Below, one piece after another: positions 33,601 to 39,836 of a DNA stretch of 39,836 nt. Both the position numbers and the translations under genes were made by a program. Position 1 is the stretch's first letter; each line of letters begins with the position of its first letter. The stretch covers positions 335,544-375,379 of the forward strand of contig NMRA01000343.1 in NCBI GenBank assembly GCA_002633005.1, read 5' to 3'. Under the pieces are notes generated by a model. The model worked only from the letters and a program-made list of their open reading frames with translations. It did no database searches and had not been told where the DNA came from. The stretch comes from Phoronis australis. Its lineage: Eukaryota; Animalia; Phoronida.

Positions 33601-36600
33601 GATGGCGTAGAACAGTTGCTGTGCCTGCACCGTGCTGCGCCCGCGTCCCTCGCTCTCATACCTGTGGCGAACAACGGAAGACGTACCAAAACTTTGTCTG
33701 AGACGTTATGACATTGGCAAAGCAAACAGCTGAAGGGAAAGTACTAAAAAATATAATCCTTACACAAACAACAAAAATGAATAACTACCTTCCTGATACT
33801 TGCAGCAGAATATCTTGTCACCATGAAACTGGTATTTTTTGTGACAATATATAGACATGATAATTGAAGTCATCGAGTAATTATTTTGCATGTGGTCTTT
33901 GAATATGAAAAAACAGGAACTTTAAGAATACCATGGTAACTTGTCAACTCCCCTTCAGTAACGTCCACCGCTTGCAAAAGGTTTATTCACAAGATTCCCC
34001 CCAAAAATTGAAAAATCTCCCTCTCATCAGAAATCTCGAAATTTCAAAGGACAAAATTTGAGGCAAATTTTTAACTGATCCATTGTAACATAAAACCAGA
34101 CACATTTTAGCGAAACTCGTATACTGCTTTATCGAAAAACCAATCTGTACATCCCCTTCCCATACCTTGTGTACAGCTCCTCAAACTCCTCTCCCCAGAC
34201 TTCTTCCAGACCGGGGCACTCGTGTGGGCACATGAGCGTCCAAGTTTCATTATTCTCCACTCGTTTCATGAACAGGTCAGGCACCCACAGCGCGTAGAAC
34301 AGGTCACGTGCCCTCTGTTCCTCCTTCCCGTGGTTCTTACGACAGTCCAAAAAGGCATAGATATCGGCGTGCCATGGCTCTAGGTAGATAGCGAAGGCGC
34401 CAGGACGCTTGTTACCGCCTTGGTCCACATAGCGTGCTGTGTTATTGAACACACGCAACATTGGAAGCAAACCGTTGGAAGTGCCGTTAGTCTGCATGAG
34501 AGAGAGATGGCTATATTGAATTTACCCATTAACTCTATTGACATACGAAATGTAGAAACCCCGATTTTCCAGGACAATGGAAAATGGAACGGAATTGATT
34601 TTTCATGGAATCTGACTTCTTTAATGGAATTTATATTAATATAATAATATTTTGAACACAATTTCCATATTTCAAGAGTAGACATAATCTGGCCGATTTA
34701 ATTTTGAAGCATACATGGTGACAAGTACTGGTGACTTATTTTTTCTGAAGGTGGCACTGTTCTAAAACATGGCGTGTAACAATGTTTCGGTAAAACTGAA
34801 CCACTACATAATTCAGCGGAAAAAGGAACATCTTAACATCTCTATTGTATCTCAGTACAAAATCACAAGCCAAGGATTATGATGTTGGACAAAATTGAAC
34901 AATGGAAACAAACTTTTAAATACTTTAAAAAACTACCGAGAATACTAACCCCAGCAATGTAACTGCCTGTCGCACGAATGCAATGGACGTTGAGGCCAAT
35001 ACCGCCTGCACTTTTGGAGATGAGAGCACACTGCCTGAGTGTGTCGTAGATACCTTCAATGCTGTCGGATTGCATGGTGAGCAAGAAACAACTGTAATAC
35101 AACAATATTGTCATGTATTGCATGAGAATGAAGAGATGTATTGTAGGAACATATAAGCAATATTGCCTATTGATATACAGAGACGTATTGTTAGAATATA
35201 TAGGCAATATTGGTGATCACCATACAAAAATGAAGAGATGATTACGACACAATAGTAATGCAATTTACTTAAGGAATACATGCGGTATTACCGATCTATT
35301 ATACGACCATACAAGGGTTATTGGCAGTTACTGAACAATACAGTGAGAGACCAGCCTTCATTGCTACTATCCAATGTTCAAAGGCGGCTCTGTAAAGCCC
35401 ATTATTCCTTTCCCGCAATACACTTTTTGCAAAGCTGAAGGATGGACATGGTATTGCACACCGGCATTGACTTGTTTGTTTGCTACACACGATAGTTACA
35501 AGTCTAGGAAATGCAGTTTTAATTAAAATGCATCAACATCTTTTTCAATGTTGCTGCAAAAGTAAAACGCAGGCTGCAAGAAATGAGATGGTATCAGAGA
35601 GGATCCTACCCAACCACTTTTGGTGAACTTTGCTCACCTGCCTGCAGAGTTTGACAAGACACTGCTTAACCTTTCAACTCATAGACCTAAAACATAATTT
35701 GCTCAGATTTTTCATCAAACTATGATTTGTGGAGGTTTGGGAAATTTGTAATTCTGGTCCAGTTCAAATTTTCTGTTGTGGAGAACACTATATTGCTACA
35801 ATGAACACCAACAATACCATTGATTGGGTCTCACCTGGACAGTTGGGGGCGTCTCGTGCCAGCGTTGAACAGCGTAGGTGAGGCGTGTGTGAACCACTTC
35901 TCTGACAGAAGGTTATAGGTCTCGATGACTGACTCTATGTCTTCGCCGTGAATACCAACAGAAACACGCATCAACATGTGCTGCGGGCGCTCGGCAACTG
36001 AAAACGAGCGCCATAAGCCATTTTCAGCACCAAATTAAACACTTAAGGATGTTGTTTAGAAGGTTATCAAAGGGTCAAGCCTTTTACTCTCATAAAATTG
36101 GTCTCCTAAGTGCCTTAATACGATAGGATTCCACTTCCGCCAACAACTAAAATCAATGCATACATGCACTATTTCAAATTGCAAATTCAGGGTTGACTAA
36201 CTCCATTAAACACGGTCTCTGGAGCATTTTTTTGAGTTGCTGATGCCGTTTGTGTCCTTCTCAGTAACACAATCCCAGAGCACCCTCGATAACTGGGAAT
36301 TTTTTGGCAAAAAGTTGATTTACAGCACCTACCAGTGCAAACCAACCTAATAAAAGTTAAAGTTGACGGAATCAAATTTCACTTTGTGCACAAAATAGGA
36401 GGTGAATTACAAGGTTTGCTTCATGTATCCGTTGGAAGAAGACTAACATGACCAAGATATCATGGACATCTTGCCTCAACAAACAAGTCACTTACCTTTG
36501 CCATCAATTCTGAGCAAGTAGGACCTTTCCATGGTCTTAAAGCCAAAGTATGTGTATCCAAAATCTCGGTCGTAGATGATGGCAGAATTTAGTCGCTACA

Positions 36601-39569
36601 ATAGATAACATACATACGTAAAAATTGGAACCAGTGAACAACGTGTACAAAGAACTGCTGCTAAAAATGAACAGCATATAAACTAAATCAGAGGAAATTT
36701 AAGAAATATTATACTATCATGAAATAAAAATTTCCTTAAGAGAAAACATACTCCTCAGTATCAAATAGAGCATCTTCAGCACATTTTCTTAAGTTATGAC
36801 CTCGTCAACAAACACACAATGCTAGTCTAATTTTCAGGAAAACCGAGTCCAATAATCCCAAAATTCCTTTGATTTACACATCTAGACCAATAACATCGAC
36901 ACAGTTTGAGCTTACATCGCTGTGCTTGTCGATGATGTCTTTTGTCTCTTTGGAGATCATTGGCGAGTGTAGCTTGTTTTTTGGGTTGACGTAGTCATAC
37001 AGATCTGCCATGACGTCTGAAAAAGGAAAAAAGGGATTTTTAATGCAAAATTCGTTTCAGGCACTCTACAAGTGAAACCCCAAATGTCTCGGAAGTATGT
37101 GAACACCAGCAAACATTGTGGTAGAGCATGAAGGCTGTAAATGTACTTGCTTTCAGCAAAAAATTGCCACTTGGACCTTATTCAGTTGCAGTGGGTTATT
37201 TTACAGTGATGGAAGTGCTACTGATGGCCATGGTTTTTGTTTTTTCAGAATAAGTTTAAGAGATGACAAAAAGGTCGCGACAAGTCATGATATGACAGGT
37301 CATGGGGAATACCAAAAATATAAAATATATCCAACTTCAGAGTATGATAAATAAAGGCTGCGGTAGCAGTGAACTTAGCAGCAAAAGGAATCTAACAATG
37401 AATACCACTTATCCCACAGCGCAAAAATGCTGAAAGGTAACTCGCCACATCCAAAACAACAGAGGAGTCACCCAAGACACATACCACTGAATACTTTCTT
37501 AGTTTCCTTGTGCAGGTTGGACACCGCGATCCTTGCGGCCAGCAAGGCATAGTCAGGATGCTTGGTCGTCATGGTAGCCGCAATCTCAGCAGCGAGGTTG
37601 TCCAGTTCCACAGTGGTGACGCCATCGTACAGTCCATCAATCACTTTGATTGTGATATCCGCCTGACATGCAAACAGCCCATAATTAGCGTCATTCATCA
37701 CAGGGTTCTCCCAAAATAGCAATCCAATCACGGTGAAAATTGCCGACATGTTTTTGCATACTGATCTTTTTTGTGTTATTTAACAAAAACAAAGTAGTTG
37801 AACATTTTTTTTTCTTGGTCAGCAATGTCACTGGACAAGATATTGGTACCCAGCGCTCGACACTAAGCTAAACGCCAATTCACATTTGATGACTTGGCAA
37901 AATCCCAGGTCGCCAAAACCGAAAATCTCAGGCGCCTAAATCAATTTTGAAGTTTCCTCTCTGGCACAAAAGTTCATTGACCGAACAAAGTCGAACAGCT
38001 GTAGTGCCACCCATTCTCTTGCGTTCCTCCAATTCCCCAGTAACTGCCTAAATGTAGGCATACATTCATTCTCTAACTCAATTTCTCCTGCCGACTAATG
38101 AACACAGATGACACTGTCACAACGGGCTGGTGGCCCGAATTTTGCCAATCAATTACAACTTCTGTCGGTTTACTTCCTGTTGTAACTTAAACGTGGTGAA
38201 AAATGCACAAATTTCATGAAATAAATGGAACAATTGTGAATCAAAGGTAATAAATCTAGGAAAACTGTAATTTCAAGTTAGGGAATTGACATGAACTTCG
38301 AAACGAATTCAGAGGGAATTATAGTTGGACTTCGATTCTGCCAGTGGCGACTTCAGAGTTTTTCCCAGGTCGCCACAATCTGAGGTCGCACAGTCGACCT
38401 GCAAATCAAGCACTGGAACCACTTTGCGATACGATTTCAATAATTTGTCTCGTACATCAGAAAAAAATTCATTTCAAACATGGCTCAAGATCTGAAACAT
38501 GGCTCCCAACTTTTCTAACATGGTGCAGCACCAGGTTTAAATACAAGTAGGGAAAACTTCTCTTGTTTAATGAAAATTTTCGTCCCAGTGATACATGTGG
38601 ATGCTAATTAAAACCATAACTTATAATGTAATCAAAAGCACTCACCGGATCTATAAAGCCCAAGTTGAGCCCGTAACAAAGCTTCGAGACCCTGCTTGTT
38701 ATCTTGTCGAACATCACATGTTCTTCACGACCGTCTGCAGAAGAAGATGTTCAGAAATGTCAAGATTACGTAGAAGTCAAATGTTGTGCAATGGACAGGC
38801 GCACATAGGGCCCTCGAGTTTGGTGCTGAATATCATACCAATGCACAACCCTCTGAATAATGTTTATTTAAATGATGCGATTTCACTGCAACGGCCTCAT
38901 CGAAGCTGATTTAGGGAACCCGGAAACAGCTCCCCTATGGGATACGTCAAAAATTAACGCCGACATGCCATTTTCGGTGATAAAGCAGAGTATTTTTTGT
39001 AAAATATTTTAGGTTTTCACCTTGCAAAATCCTAGATCACCAAAAGTCTATTAATTTCAGCTTGTTCTAGGGCCTGTCTTGTCCTTCAGAAAACTTCCTT
39101 TGTGTTTACAGCAACTGTTTTGTGGAACAATTTATAGTTATTTATAGTACCATGCTGGTCTTCATAATTGACTATTTTCCATGCAGCCACGTAAGCCCCG
39201 TTTGACTGAAACGGCAGATTGACAAGAACTAGTTGATGGCTAACAATTTTCAAACATAGAAAACTGTTGAAACAGGGCAGAAACGGGCTATCGGTTACCC
39301 CTATCATTAATTTAACTTAAACTCGAATCAGTGGCCGAATGCACAATTACGGTCTGTCACCCAGTCCGCTGAAAACTAAAGTTTGCACCCTGCAAGCACC
39401 AGGCAAGCCCAAAGCAAAGGACTAAGTCTGACACTTTGTCTTTGGCGACAGAGTCAAAGAAACCGATGACCCAGTAAGAAAAAACAGCAAATATTGTTAA
39501 TCTAAGCAAAGAGTAAACGTCAATGAAGTAAGTTAAATATATAGAATTACCCCTTTTCTTCACCAACAT
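27504..39569 (-). CDS. RRM1: Ribonucleoside-diphosphate reductase large subunit (class Ia RNR alpha); spliced gene, 16 coding exons, 792 aa
   Basis: 16 GT-AG exons sum to 2379 nt in frame. ATP cone (KRDG, D57), C218 (SSCF), N427/C429/E431 (SNLCTE), C444 (AVCNL), MYY tyrosine pair and C-terminal CVMC are all present. Confidence 0.99.
28204..28440. repeat. ~30-bp minisatellite in the last RRM1 intron
   Basis: About 8 units of TAGTTACCACCAGAGTCCCCCCATAATT. Confidence 0.9.
28658..28846 (-). CDS. RRM1: RRM1 exon 15
   Basis: [22 protein letters not shown]...[14 protein letters not shown]...MHFFAWKL. Confidence 0.98.
29767..29862 (-). CDS. RRM1: RRM1 exon 14
   Basis: [32 protein letters not shown]. 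Confidence 0.97.
30374..30509 (-). CDS. RRM1: RRM1 exon 13
   Basis: [25 protein letters not shown]...RRVLSGEFQ. Confidence 0.98.
30800..30885 (-). CDS. RRM1: RRM1 exon 12
   Basis: [28 protein letters not shown](K). Confidence 0.93.
31403..31624 (-). CDS. RRM1: RRM1 exon 11
   Basis: [22 protein letters not shown]...YEGSPVSQG. Confidence 0.98.
32471..32620 (-). CDS. RRM1: RRM1 exon 10
   Basis: [11 protein letters not shown]...[15 protein letters not shown]. Confidence 0.98.
33460..33661 (-). CDS. RRM1: RRM1 exon 9
   Basis: YESEGRGR...[42 protein letters not shown]. Confidence 0.98.
34166..34491 (-). CDS. RRM1: RRM1 exon 8
   Basis: [41 protein letters not shown]...FEELYT. Confidence 0.98.
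34950..35091 (-). CDS. RRM1: RRM1 exon 7
   Basis: [19 protein letters not shown]...[21 protein letters not shown]. Confidence 0.97.
35835..35997 (-). CDS. RRM1: RRM1 exon 6
   Basis: [18 protein letters not shown]...[19 protein letters not shown]. Confidence 0.97.
36496..36595 (-). CDS. RRM1: RRM1 exon 5
   Basis: [33 protein letters not shown]. Confidence 0.97.
36916..37016 (-). CDS. RRM1: RRM1 exon 4
   Basis: [34 protein letters not shown]. Confidence 0.95.
37485..37662 (-). CDS. RRM1: RRM1 exon 3
   Basis: [12 protein letters not shown]...ELDNLAAE...[25 protein letters not shown]. Confidence 0.97.
37851..38415. mobile_element. hAT-like MITE in RRM1 intron 2
   Basis: TIR CAGCGCTCGA / TCAAGCACTG, AGGTCGCCA subterminal repeats at both ends; no clean TSD. 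Confidence 0.6.
38646..38734 (-). CDS. RRM1: RRM1 exon 2
   Basis: [30 protein letters not shown]. Confidence 0.96.
39551..39569 (-). CDS. RRM1: RRM1 exon 1 (MLVKKR)
   Basis: ATG at 39569, 19 nt, donor G|GTAAT. Confidence 0.92.
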
Positions 39570-39616
39570 CGTAAACTTCGCTGACAAATTGCAAGCAAGA
39601 CTAGCCAAACTGAAAT

Positions 39617-39670
39617 CCCCGCCAAGAATGACCGCACAAGATTTCCGCGCCAATCAAAAAATCCGCGAAA
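39617..39670 (-). promoter_or_regulatory. Cluster of E2F-type sites and a CCAAT box just upstream of the RRM1 ATG
   Basis: TTGGCGGGG (39617-25), TTGGCGCGGAAA (39642-53, overlapping CCAAT), TTTCGCGG (39663-70); RRM1 is a known E2F target in animals. Confidence 0.7.
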
Positions 39671-39794
39671 ACGCTTCACAGCTGCCACATAAAGGGGAGG
39701 TAACTCCTCAGTCGCGTCGAGCCTGAAAAGGCATTTTTCAGCCTAGCTGAGATCGTTACGTAATTAATCTGTAAACAAATCGTGAGTTCACATT

Positions 39795-39836
39795 CACAGG
39801 CGGATTTGGGGGGGGGGGTCCGTTTTGGTAAAGCAT
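39795..39836. mobile_element. Start of a probable CAGGGGCGGA-type MITE at the window edge
   Basis: CACAGGCGGATTTGGGGG resembles the inner MITE terminus at 15108. Confidence 0.35.

Noticed and set aside
35590-35720. Intronic C/D-box snoRNA candidate (TGATGA...CTGA on the minus strand)
   Set aside because: No terminal stem and no recognisable rRNA guide.
27504-39569. Viral or endogenous-virus origin or intein in the RNR gene
   Set aside because: Fifteen spliceosomal introns, animal-type sequence, normal 792-aa length.

Overview
Intron-rich eukaryotic (animal, probably invertebrate) genomic DNA with a 292-nt assembly gap (5805-6096). It holds two complete, convergent spliced genes. (1) Plus strand: a LIV-1/SLC39 zinc transporter of the ZIP8/ZIP14 type, with 10 coding exons at 10790-25030 (442 aa), three of them micro-exons. 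(2) Minus strand: ribonucleotide reductase large subunit RRM1, with 16 coding exons at 39569-27504 (792 aa), all catalytic residues intact and an E2F-site promoter. The rest is non-autonomous DNA transposons (hAT and PIF/Harbinger-type MITEs, Helentron/HINE-like elements, a foldback element), mini- and microsatellites, and local duplications. The most unusual signal is the ZIP protein's rewired transport site: TM4 HNxxD becomes HRCVD, TM5 EExPHE becomes EEFPHG, and the cytosolic loop has no His cluster. Other notable signals are an in-frame Thr/Asp/His-rich ORF in the intron that interrupts the TM2-TM3 loop, a hairpin-type footprint of an abortive hAT excision, and Helentron repeats carrying CTCF-consensus motifs. 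Exon models were built by hand from GT-AG sites, reading-frame continuity and recalled protein homology. No searches were run.
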